DNA of 64,000 nucleotides from the NCBI GenBank assembly GCA_907165135.1, contig OU015567.1:14880001-14944000 (forward strand). Reading direction: 5' to 3'. Under the pieces are notes generated by a model that saw only the letters and a list, made by a program, of their open reading frames with translations, was not told where the DNA came from and did not search any database. The stretch is from Oikopleura dioica (Eukaryota > Animalia > Chordata). Made by a program: the position numbers and the translations under genes. Within the stretch, counting starts at the first letter, position 1. Each line of letters begins with the position of its first letter. Below, in pieces: positions 1 through 11,141 of the stretch.

Positions 1-270
1 AAAATTTTGACAATTTTTTTGTTTGAGAAATTTTTTTTCTCAAAAATTTTCATAAATTTTTTTCTCAAAAATTTGACAATTTTTTTTGAAATTTTTTTTT
101 CTCGAAAATTTGACAATTTTTTTTGAAAATTTTTTTTTCTCAAAAATTTTGAGAGTTTTTTGGGTAATTTTTTTTCTCGATAATTTTGACAATTTCTTTC
201 TGAGATTTTTTTTCTCAAAAATTATGACAATTTTTTTGCGAAATTTTTCTCGAACGGACTTGTTTTCCTG
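1..270. repeat. Degenerate A/T-rich tandem repeat (unit approx. TTTTTCTCAAAAATTTTGACAATTTT)
   Basis: Repeated variants of 'tctcaaaaattttgacaattttttt' run from the window start. The 61-aa ORF over it is a Phe-rich artefact. Confidence 0.8.
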
Positions 271-875
271 AAATTTAAAAAAGCCATTCTAAATTATCAA
301 CAAAAAACGACTCATTAGCATCTTTAGACATGTCTGAGAAGAAGATCATCTCGAAGATTTATTTCCACTTTGTCGGGATTGGCAGTCTTGTTGCTTCTCC
401 CACCAAATCTCAGACTGGACTTTTGTAACGACAAAAAGGCAGGGTGCTCGTTTCTAACCAAGAAAGTGGAAATAATAAGCAGTTTACGGGCGCCGTGGCG
501 ATTAACTTTTGGATTGTGTAAAAGTCGCTTTGCAGTCGCTTTATCAGCCTGGCTCAATTATCAGCTAAATTCGCGAAACGAGCGGGAAACGATAAAAACT
601 TACAGAACACTTTCTTTCATCATTTATCGAGAGGATCAGCCGCGCAGTCCGGATATCACATTGCTTAATATTTTAAGAAGTTCTAGCCAGAAAGGAGTTC
701 CAGAGGTTGAGATCGGTTAGAGCATACTACTAGTCTTAGGAACAAACTGATAAGAGCGACTCTTATCGACAGCTTTCATGCAACTCGTGAATATCAATCA
801 ATATATACAGTAATTATACTTAGAAAAGCAAAATGCAGTTATTCGCCAGTAAGATTTCAGTATGGTTGTAATATA

Positions 876-1050
876 AAATAGGGGATCCCTTTTACCCTAA
901 CAATTTTTAAGGATATCCGTGCCCAAACTCGCTGTGAAAGCAATTTTAAGGGACTAAACCAAAAACGGAAGTGAATTTTGGGATAACCATTAAGATTGCT
1001 GTATTTGGCTTACCGGCCAATCAAAATCCAGATCCATAAAATCACTTCTA
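876..1050. repeat. Dispersed repeat with CCGGCCAATC core (other copies inverted at about 35555-35640 and 46370-46490)
   Basis: 'ggaagtgaattttgggataacc...accggccaatcaaaatccagatccataaaatcac' matches the reverse complements of the other two loci. Confidence 0.7.
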
Positions 1051-1092
1051 TATTTTGGTTTAACCCTTTTAAGGGGTATTCATCTAAAATCT

Positions 1093-1319
1093 TGATAGGT
1101 CAAGAATGCCTCCACTCTATTGTGGTCCTGCTCTGCTCTCTAGTCTAACTGTAGCCTCTAGATAACACAGAAAAGGGTAGTTTAGGTGTTGTATTCAAGT
1201 TAGGTGAACACGGACTTGTACACTGAATTGTGTTATGGTTGCACAGACTGAACGCAGTGGAAAAGCGGCGGGCGCCTCCAGATCTCTATCAGATCTAACG
1301 GCTTCTTGCTGACCTAACA
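1093..1319 (-). repeat. 3' LTR
   Basis: Identical to 3768-3994 and preceded on the minus strand by the polypurine tract. Confidence 0.95.
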
Positions 1320-3470
1320 GCTCCCCAGTCTTCGAAGTCTTCTGACGATTGGAGACTCTAGAATTGAAGAAAGAAGTGTAGAGATGATCCAGCGGAAGAT
1401 GTCCAATAGGAGTAGAGATGAAAGCGGTGCTGAGCCAAGCGTTTCAATTTGTGATGCGCGTTGAGAAGATCGAACCAAGCGAGTAGAAATTATGCAGTAA
1501 GTTGTCCAAACAAGAAGGTTTACCTTGGTTGGGCACTCATGTTTTGGAACAATGAGTGGCGCGTTAGCGACTTGGTTAGAGCATAGTTCCAGTTGGCTGA
1601 TCAGAACCTGTTGCCAATCAAAGGCGCAACTTTGACGGAGGTTTTGAATATCATCCAGCTCCCCAAACTTTCGGCAAGGCATGAAGTTGGAAGAAGGTTC
1701 TAGATGAAGCAGACGGGCGGTTTCGCATCGCGTCCAGGTAAGCATCCCCAAATACATGTTTCTTCTCCAATGAGCATTTGAAGTCCAGGAAATGTCGACA
1801 TCGACGAGAAGAGTATTTCGGATGATCGTGGCACTTGAATTCTCGCTATTTTCGGACCAGTGCGCGTCCAAAAATTTCGGCGAGCTGAAGCTCTTTTGAG
1901 CCAGAGGCGCTTGGGCGTAGCTACAAAAGCATCAGAAGCAGCAAGGTCGAGCAATTCGCTGTAGCTATCTTCAGATGAAATCGACGAGTCAGCACTTACA
2001 TCAGTTGGCTTTTGCTCGGATTCCTGAGTTGAAGTAGGGTCGGCGGCGTCTCTGTTATGCGACTTTTGAGGAGATTCTGGATCTGGCGAGTTCAACGGGG
2101 AGTGCGTGTGAATCGCGACCAGAAGTTGAAGAGTGGTGTCCGTTTGAGCATCAAGAAGCAGCAATTTCTCCAAAATGCTCGTGGCCAAAGACATCTTCGC
2201 GGCAACAGCAAGAATTAAATCTGCTTCGTGTTGTCGAGTCGAAGGGTGCCACAGAACAAAGACATCATACGCCTCTTTCACCATTGAGGTAAAATCTTCG
2301 ACGCTTTTACGACTGATCAAGTCGTATTTAGATGACGAATCCAAGCAGTTGTAGATTTCCAGACGTTCATCGTGGTTGAGACAAGCCTCACTTACAGATT
2401 CATGAGCGCTTGCGTCGATGGTGCGGCGTGTCAGCCGAATCAACCTTTCACCAACATCGGCGGAAGTAGAGAAAACGGGAGGTAACTCGCGGGAAACGAT
2501 GGCGTCGAGAAGGTCCGATTGAAGTCGACAAGCGTATTTGAAGTCGGCAGTATCGATGAGTTCATCGGGGTGCAGGAGTACGTGAGTCATGAGTGCAGAT
2601 GCGCAGTGAACTTTTGGCGGTGAGCGAAACCAGGCCAAAAATTTTGCCGTTAAGATCGCATCATGAGCAGCAGCGTAGTCGGCGAAAATGGGACGATCAG
2701 CAATTCCAACGGATTTCTTCGCGTTTGAAACCCAGCGGACTTGTGGAAATACTGGTCGGTTTCTTGGGCAATCGTGCGCTGGCGAAAATCAGCGGCGGCA
2801 GAAGAAGAGGCTTTTCTACCTGTGGAGTGCGCTGAAGTTGATTCCAAGTCGAATTACTTCGAGCGGCGCGATTCCGCGTCTATTTCCAGCTCCAGCTGTT
2901 TCGGGCGACGTTGATCAAGTGAAGAGGAGTTCAACAAGGGCGGCGACGAGTTAAAGTTCACCCAGCGAGGCGGGCTAGAAGATAACCAGTCGGGCAGTAC
3001 GTCTCGAGAAGTTTGAGTCGACCAGTGCGGGGCAGTGGCAGAAATGGCGCTTCCTTTGTCGTCAGTGTTGAAGTCGAAGGTGTTGCGAACAGCGCGGTTA
3101 CTGTTGGCCTGGTCGTTGCCGTGATGAAAAGAGCGGTCAAGTGTACACGAGACTTGATTTACCTCAAAGAAGCGCTCAAGTTTTTGAAAAACTATGAGCG
3201 GCGCGTTGTACGCGTCTTTGGGTCGTGACTTTACTAGCAGAAGTCCATCAGCAACAATTCGGTTGGTCCAAGCAGAAGTAGCGGTGTTGGCGGGAGATGT
3301 TGTGATTGCGCGCGGCAGTTGGCGGAATCAGCAACGGCAACGGTTGTTTTTGCCTTGGCGCGCGAAATTTGGGCCAAGTTGACTGTGGTCCGGCGGTCGA
3401 CACGTCAGCAAACAGTCGAAAACAAGGTCGTCTAGGTCCAGAGTTGAGCGGCAGAATTCCAGTTTAGCTT
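1314..3470 (-). pseudogene. Decayed internal reading frame(s) of the LTR element, product unassigned
   Basis: Long open stretches in changing frames: about 158 codons at 3327-2853, the 312-aa ORF 2638-1700, and the 185-aa ORF 1871-1314, which stops inside the 3' LTR. They are interrupted by isolated stops and frame changes. No YxDD, CCHC, HHCC or DDE motif was found. Confidence 0.55.
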
Positions 3471-3750
3471 AACTTGGCGGCAGAATCGATGAAGTCGAAA
3501 CAAGTACCTGCGTTGACCCCGAGTAATAAACTGATCAAGTTTATTTACTCCGTCAGGGGCTTTGTGGTGAGCAAATTCAGGCAGTTCCGAGGTAAAAATC
3601 ACCGTTCGTGGCGGAGCAAGTATCAGCAGAAATCCAGCGGTTCAAAGGTCTCCAGAAGTCTCCCAGATCGCGTAGTGGCCGAGTGAAACCAGGCGATCGA
3701 GCGTGTTACTTATCGTGAAGTAGTCCAGTGTCCGGCGAAAGCAATGAGCA

Positions 3751-3765
3751 CATCTGTTGTCACCA
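3751..3765 (-). promoter_or_regulatory. Primer-binding site of the LTR element (tRNA identity not assigned)
   Basis: Minus strand TGGTGACAACAGATG next to the LTR end; TGG is complementary to the tRNA CCA end. Confidence 0.75.
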
Positions 3766-3767
3766 GT

Positions 3768-3994
3768 TGATAGGTCAAGAATGCCTCCACTCTATTGTGG
3801 TCCTGCTCTGCTCTCTAGTCTAACTGTAGCCTCTAGATAACACAGAAAAGGGTAGTTTAGGTGTTGTATTCAAGTTAGGTGAACACGGACTTGTACACTG
3901 AATTGTGTTATGGTTGCACAGACTGAACGCAGTGGAAAAGCGGCGGGCGCCTCCAGATCTCTATCAGATCTAACGGCTTCTTGCTGACCTAACA
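3768..3994 (-). repeat. 5' LTR
   Basis: Identical to 1093-1319 and followed on the minus strand by AC-TGG (PBS). Confidence 0.95.
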
Positions 3995-4355
3995 AATCTT
4001 TTATTTAATGAACGCTTTTATTGATGGTTTTACAGTTTTATTCACAAAAGAAAAATCGAAGATGAAATTAAAACGAACTCTGCTGATGGATTTGCTCAAT
4101 TTTAATCAATCCGGTTTTGATTTCCGACATAAAGAAAGATTGAAAATTTTGGACTGGAGGAAGAACGTTTTGAGCAGCGACAGGAAAGAAAAAATCTGTT
4201 CACAGAATGTGACGCAGACCTCCGCAGCGCGGAAGAAAACTTCCGAAAGATGCAAGAAAGTCGTTTCAAAGGAGATTTATCGGAAAGAACTTTTTCGAAG
4301 CATGTTTCTGGTTTTCGACGAGAATATTCGAAAAAACGCGAAAGACAGAATTTTT

Positions 4356-4550
4356 GCAACCTGCGAAGAAAACCTGAGTCAGGGTCCTAGAAGAGCTTTG
4401 ATGAAAGCCGCAACAATTAGGGTTAGGGTTTGGGTTGATAATTTAACCTTTGATCAAACCGTTTCGCGGCTTCTTTTAAAAAGCCGCTACGCGACTTTCA
4501 CCAAAGCTCTTCAAGGACCCTGACTCAGGTTTTCTTAGCAGGCTGCCGAG
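4356..4550. mobile_element. Family-A palindromic MITE copy
   Basis: TIR core AACCTGAGTCAGGGTC / GACCCTGACTCAGGTT with internal AAGCCGC motifs. Confidence 0.85.
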
Positions 4551-5904
4551 TCTAGTCTTGCATTTTGTTCTAAATAATTTGTCGCAAACTCAAATTTTCG
4601 CCAAAAGAAAAGGAAATGATCGTGGAGTAATTTGCCTGTCGATTTTCCGCTGTGGCGATGCTTTTTTACATAATTATGACATAAAACGAACTCAGAGATC
4701 CGAGTTCTTTCGGAGTTTACAAGGTCAAAACGTTTTTGAGTTCGTTTTTTTGCAATTACTAATTAGTAAGTAGTTGCCACTTGTCTAAAAAACGGCGACT
4801 GGAGCAAAACTGCGGTTAACTTAATTTAGGGTTTTAAAGCTAAATGGCATTATTTATGAAAACAGGCCCTCTAATTTCTGGCGATAAAACCACTCCTACG
4901 AAGAGCTTATCCTCCCCGCCGGAATCTTTTTCGCACGTTGAGCCCCTCTCGGAAGATCTATCCCAAGTAATCGCTTCTTCGCAATTCTGGATTAAAAACA
5001 CTCTATGTTTCCACCATCACACCAATTGCCTAATTTCAAAATAAAATTAACGGTTCATCCATAAATACCAAATTTCTCTCCTTGTAACCTACTAATATTA
5101 AGGCGATTTTACAGGCATTACTTCTGGGAGGCCTTTATTTTAACGGTTTTTCAATCTTCAAGCGGGTGACCATTTTAACAGATCTTTGAAGCCCAAAAAA
5201 AATCCGATAAAATGGTGACCTTCTTGAAGAATGTTGGCACTGCTAACATTGGCAACCTGTGTGGAAACCTGAGTCAGGGTTCTGAGATACACGCCGTTTA
5301 ATTAAAGGTATTTCAGGACCCTGACTCAGGTTTCTACACAGATTTCTGGGAGCAGGAGCGAGCAAAAGTTCAAAAAAAAAAAGAATTCTTTTTTCTTCAA
5401 CTTTTTAAGTTTCGTTCCAATAGCATTTGTTTACCCCTGCCCAAAAGAGCGATTAAATTCATTTAGGGAAGGGTTTCTTCCCTGTTTTTATATTTAGAGC
5501 AGCTGATTGCGGTTTCTGAAAAAGAGTCTTGTTTTGCGAAAACAAAAGTAGTCGCATCTCAAGCGGAGAAGTCGTTAGTGAGCCTCGTCATCTGGGATGT
5601 TGGTCCAAACAGTGCCTGCCCCTCTCTCCCAAAAGTAAAATATTTTACCAACAAGGCGCCATGTTTTCTCCTATCAACCACGCGGTCGGTTTTCCGTTCA
5701 ACATCGAGAGTATTCCCAAATATCGAGGGAAATTATACGCTGTACTAATTTTTAGATACGTAAGTTAAGAGCGGCTTAAAGTTCACGCAAATTGGGTTAC
5801 CTCAAAGTCAAACCACTCAAAAACTTGATTATACATTTTGAAAAGAGCTTGAAATAAAGGAATGAATATACAGTAAGATTTCAAGGCATCAGAGAAATAG
5901 GCGA

Positions 5905-6148
5905 CTGGGCTCGTTATCTTGTGTAGAAAGCCTGAGCCAGGGTCTAAGAGAATTTTAAAGAAAAGCCGCGCAGCGGCTTTTTCAAAAACAAAGCCGCGAA
6001 GCGGCTTCCCAAAATTATTTTTCTAGGCAGATTTCAAATTCTTATGAAGCCGCTTTGCGGCTTTGTTTTTAAAAAAACGGCTGCGCGGCTTTTCTTTTAA
6101 GTTTTCTTAGACCCTGGCTCAGGTTTTCTACACAGTTTGCCGACCCAG
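5905..6148. mobile_element. Family-A palindromic MITE copy (a short copy lies at 5251-5345)
   Basis: CTGGG...CCCAG termini and four AAGCCGC-N3-GCGGCTT hairpins. Confidence 0.85.
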
Positions 6149-9113
6149 TATCTGACTGTATTTGCGACTAGAAAACTTTGAAGATTACCGTTGGTTGTTG
6201 GATCAATTCATAAATTTTCGCGAATTGGGATGGATAAATGCTGGACTGTTGCAAACATTCCGCGGATATTTGCAAATGCCTTCCGCGCGATCCGAACAGA
6301 TCCACCGCTTTTCCGACTGGTCAATTAATGGCTGATCCCGTCTTCCCGTCGGATTAAGCTCGCCACGTTAGATTTGCTCAGAGTAAAGGAGGCGCCGCCC
6401 GTTTTCTGCTAATTTTACGCGGTCTAAAAAGCCCACCACCGGGCTTCTCATACTTTCCACCGTAAAAACTCAAATAAATAAAGCTTCATTCAGCCATTTC
6501 GACAGCTTGAATTCGAGTTCACAGGAATAAATGTCGTTCAAGAGAAAATCTCGCGTCTTTTTGATTCTTCGTTTTTTCTAAATAAGCATCTGGCGACCGG
6601 CGGTTTTGTCTCTTGGCATTATTCGATTTGTGGTTTGCTTCGGAAAGCTGTTTCTGCCGGAATAAATAATTCGATCATATTCTCCGCCGCCGAATCCTCA
6701 ACAGATTTTTAGAGCGATCGAGCCTGAGCTCCATCATATGAAGAACAGTGGCCGTTTTGGAGAAGGTGCCAATTGTGTCCATTTCCTTTCCAAATAGAGC
6801 ACGATACTCCAATCGTAGATAAGATAACAGTTACTTCTGGACGAGATAAAACGGCAAGTGGTGGTTTCTCTATCGTGCCACCAAAAAACCTGAGGACAAG
6901 ATGCTAAACCCGTCTGTGACCATCTATCTAAACTGTTTACCTTGATGAGTTAACCCTTTGCACGTAGATTTATCGTTAAGGGTGTCAACAGCGATCGAAT
7001 ATACGATCAAAAATCATGGTAAACTTGAGATGTTAACTGTTCGAAATTTGGACACCAAGCGTTTCTCGGTCAAATACCGGTGAAAGCAGACTCAAATCCG
7101 GGGTTACGCCACCACTACGACCCTCAAAGCTTGTGATTGGTCGATGGACAAAAGATGTCTCTAGGGGTGGCGACATGCTTGAAATCCTGGGCAAGGGCTT
7201 GCTCTCACTGGTATATTGAGCTGTTGATTTTTGTCAATTTTTTTCTCAAGAGTTCCAAAAATAACTTCATCTACCTTTTGCGGAAATTCCTTGATCGTCG
7301 ATCGATGTAGATTTGCATGCAGACAACTCAAAATGGAATTAAACAGCATATCTAAAAGATAAACTACGTAGCTAGTTTGCCTCTAAAGTGAGTGGAACGT
7401 GTTATTTGAAGATCCAAGATAATCTTGCAGGCGGAATCGTTCACCGTGTGCAATCGCATCATCTTCTAGCTGGGGTAAATCACCGAAGCCAAAATGTCAC
7501 ACGACCTAGTTCCCATGTCCACACAATTCTTCCGTTCCAGATAATGCGGAAGTCAGGAATACTAAAAACGTATTTTTCGATTCAAATCCGATGCTGACAT
7601 TTAAATTTGTATAAATTCAAATCCGGTTTTCTGACTGGCTTTTTCCTAAGGGTCAATAAAGCAAAGTCCTTCGTCCTGAGTTTACGGGGATCAATAAGGG
7701 TGTCACTATGTTAACATTTTTTGTCAAAAACCCGAACCCAAATCCCAACCCGTGTTTCAAACTGAGATAAAACCTGTGTAGAGAACCTGAGTCAGATTCT
7801 TGAGAGTTTAAATAAGGGATGACTACATAAAACTGAATGGTCTAAAATCGCTTTGATCTTTGACCAAGGAAAAACACAAGAAAGAAAGTAGTGATAGACT
7901 TTTCAGAATCCAATTAGGATTACTGGTGAAATAAGGGTGGATTGATGTTTGTGGAGCAACGTTATAGATTTTATTCATAAATCTCACATCGAAATGATTC
8001 CGTTCAGGAGACAGGTATGTAGTGGAACGCCTTTTCGAGGGCTTTTCGGAGATGGCGAAAATTAATTAATCTCAAGAGTTTTAACTCAAGCCATCAGCGA
8101 ATTTCAAAATCAAACTTTTTTAATCTTCAAAGTGAAAATTGAATAAGGGTCCACCAATTTTTCAATAAGTCTAAATTATGATTTAATTATAATTTTCATA
8201 ATTTTATAAAATCGACCAGCTGGAGCCTTGATAATTCATAAGCTTTAGATAATTACGAGCAATTACTGATGATTATTTTCGCTCATTTTTGTTTTGCATA
8301 AACTCAATTTATATTTGTCCAACAAATTGTCCTTTTTTTTCTGGGCCGGTATTTTTCTAATTTGAACAGCACAAATTGGCTACTTTGTTTTTGCGTTTGT
8401 CGATTAAAGGCGTTGTTTTTTATCAGAACTGGTTGGGTACCAGAAGTGTGGCCAGAGCGGAGCCACTTTCGATAAAGAAGAACGCGAGTTTTTCTTTTTT
8501 GGTGAATACGTTTTTCGCAAAAGCTGACGAAATCACGAATAAATGTGTTGAAAGTTTACCGCCGCCCAAACACAACGGATAAATTGTTTTTAAAACATCG
8601 ATTAATATTTTATATATTCATGAGTAGCGATCGCCGCAGCACAGAATTGCGGAATTTATGCAACAGAGCTGCAGGGAGATTTCAAAACAACTTTATCAAA
8701 GAATATTTATCGGAAAAGAAATCATGGTAATTAATCAAATGAAGCTCCTCCTTTTCAAAATTAGATTTTGAACTTTGCGAGTTTCAAAACTTGGCTATGT
8801 CTGCACTAAAAAGCGAGAATATACTATTAAAAACTGCGGTCACGATCCAGTGTAAATACCTGAGTCAGGATCCTGAAATAACCTTCGCTTAGCGGCTTCG
8901 TTTCTAAAAAGCTTTTTAAAGTTTGGCGAAGGCTTTTTATACAGGCTGCCAAGCCTATTCCTCATGAGACTCATTATAATTGTCTCCAAGACTCCAAACT
9001 GGTCTCAGAAACTGTAAATAGAGTGAAGCAAAAAAACGAAGAGCAAATATCACCCAGTCCATTTCTCGCGAATTTTACGTGATTTTTACGTTCATATTTT
9101 TTCGGAAGCAAAG

Positions 9114-9359
9114 ATGGGATTTATTTTTAGCAGCTGCCGAAAAGGAAGCAAAGAGCAAGAAACCGACAATAACCATGAAAAGCAAGACAATCCGGGGGAG
9201 CAAAACAAGAGCTTTCAAGAAACGAATGAAAAGAGGTTGGATACAGAAACGGATGTGAAAGTTCCAGAAAAAACTGTCAACCCACAGCAAATAGAAAACA
9301 TTGATCAAATCGAAATAGGAGGCGAGCCAGATATCCCTTCTATGAATGATGAAAACTGA
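9114..9359 (+). CDS. Small hydrophilic protein (81 aa) with possible N-myristoylation/palmitoylation motif
   Basis: ATG-GGA start giving MGFIFSSC, then an E/Q/N/K-rich disordered body. AATAAA lies about 10 nt after the stop. No family recognised. Confidence 0.45.
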   Translation: MGFIFSSCRKGSKEQETDNNHEKQDNPGEQNKSFQETNEKRLDTETDVKVPEKTVNPQQIENIDQIEIGGEPDIPSMNDEN

Positions 9360-10210
9360 CAAATTTCTGCAATAAAAATTTGTTGAAAGAACACTCGAGA
9401 ATGAATTGAGCATGCTTCATGCAAGAGTAGCAAAAAAGAAAGTTGTTTGTTGCAAATGCAACTTGCTGGAGCGTTGTTTGCTCCAACGTGCCTGCTTATG
9501 CTCGACTTTAGTAATTCTGCGTTGCGCAATGGGCAGAACGCGCGGCGGAAATCTATAAATTGCCATGGCATTTTTCAGCCGCGTGAACAGCTTATGCACT
9601 AGGTTTGGGGCTGACGTCAGAAATGGACATTTGTGGCATCCGTTTAACTGTGAATAATTATTTATTCTATGGTGACGAACAAAGCACGGAAAACAGCTCA
9701 GCTTCAACATAGGATTTTTCCCTTTTCTGTCAATAATTGGCAGCGGGGCTCGACAACGAGTGCTAAAAACCCTGAGTCAGGATCTTTTTGAAATTCATCG
9801 TTCAGGGGGACGACGAGAATCGGGATTTCCGTGACGAAAAATGCGGGAAAACCTGATTTGATAGGCTAAATCTGACTTTCTTGGTGGATAGAAAAGGGTT
9901 GAAAAAATAAGGCGACGAAAACTAGAAAAAAATTTGACCAGAAAAAGTCGGTCAAAAATGCCGGCAAAGTAGGGCCATTTTCCCGAAAATGCACCAAAAA
10001 TGGTCATTTTTTTTACAATTTTGTTCATTTCACCCCCTAAATCTAATTTTTATCAAATGATTTTAGGCTCAACAGATTCGAGAGGATCTGTAGATTCCAA
10101 AAATATAAGATTCATATCCAGACTATGCGTATAAGCGAAATTACGATCACCCCTGAAAAAATTCTCGTCGACCCCCCCTTAATGTATCATAAATTTTGAA
10201 GATAAATTTT

Positions 10211-11141
10211 GAAGTAGCGGCTTTAATTATAAAAAAGCCGCTACGCGGCTTTTCGTAAAAGATTTCTCAAAACCCTGACTCAGATTTTTAGCACAAGTTA
10301 TCGTGCTCACCTGTGTAGAAACCTGTGTCAGGGTCACTCAAAACTCTAATTCGTCGTGGACACAGGTTTCTACACAAGTTGCTGAGCCCATATTAGCTTA
10401 GTAATTACGGTATTAATAATAAAGCAGAATGAGTTAAAATCAATTTCGAAAAAAACTCGAAGGTCATTAATTTTCCCCCAAACTCAGAAATCTCCCACCA
10501 CAAATATTAGAAAGCAAAGTTCGTTAAGGAGAAGGGTGTCGGTTAAAAATAGCGCGTTTAGGTTCTCGCCGTAATAGATTCATTCCCCTAATTCTGATTT
10601 AATTTCCGACCCGTCGTGGCTCTGTTTAGAACGGAAGCAAATCGCCGAAAAAATATCTCAAAATATTTCGCTCAGGCCGAGAACCGTACACAAGCAATTA
10701 AGTATTTAGCTTGGCTGAACGATAAATAGTAGCTTACGAAGTGAATATGTCAAGAAACAGCTAATAATTTGATTAATGGAGCTCAATTTTCAGAAAAATC
10801 TTTTTAAAAAGTTATCATAGTGACCTCCTTATTTTGCCGTATTTATTTTAGGGCAATTATTTTTCATAGGACAAAATAAACACTTCAACTATCTTTTGAG
10901 CGGATATGAACAAGGGTACAAGTATAATTATTTGTTTTCCGTTAACTCTACGAGAAGCCCGCTTCAAACTTTGATCTTACTGCATTGACGCCCTTAAGAA
11001 TCTGATCTCCCTTTTTATCTGCTCGAAAACCTGTGTAGAAACCTGAGTCAGGGTCCCAAAAGAGTGTCAATCAAAAGCCGCTATTGATTCTTTTAGCTCT
11101 CTTCTAAACCCTGACTCAGGTTTCTACACAGGTTTTCAAGA
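10211..11141. mobile_element. Family-A MITE copies (10211-10390, two partial; 11021-11141)
   Basis: ACCTGTGTAGAAACCTG(A/T)GTCAGGGTC and its reverse complement. Confidence 0.75.

Larger units (their letters stand above)
1093..3994 (-). mobile_element. Complete non-autonomous LTR retrotransposon (2902 bp), minus orientation
   Basis: 227-bp direct repeats at 1093-1319 and 3768-3994 show no mismatch by eye. Termini are TG...CA with terminal IR TGTTAGGTCA/TGACCTATCA. A 5-bp TSD AATCT lies at 1088-1092 and 3995-3999. On the minus strand a PBS-like TGGTGACAACAGATG starts 2 nt after the 5' LTR and a purine tract GAAGACTGGGGAGC precedes the 3' LTR. The interior is GC-rich. Confidence 0.95.

Noticed and set aside
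4008-4523. 171-aa plus-strand ORF next to the LTR element
   Set aside because: Its last third is read through a family-A MITE and no domain was recognised in the rest.
6190-6330. Minus-strand C-x7-C-x6-C-x6-H peptide resembling a CCCH zinc finger
   Set aside because: The last spacing is wrong for CCCH, another frame fits the splice signals equally well, and the surrounding frames contain many stops.
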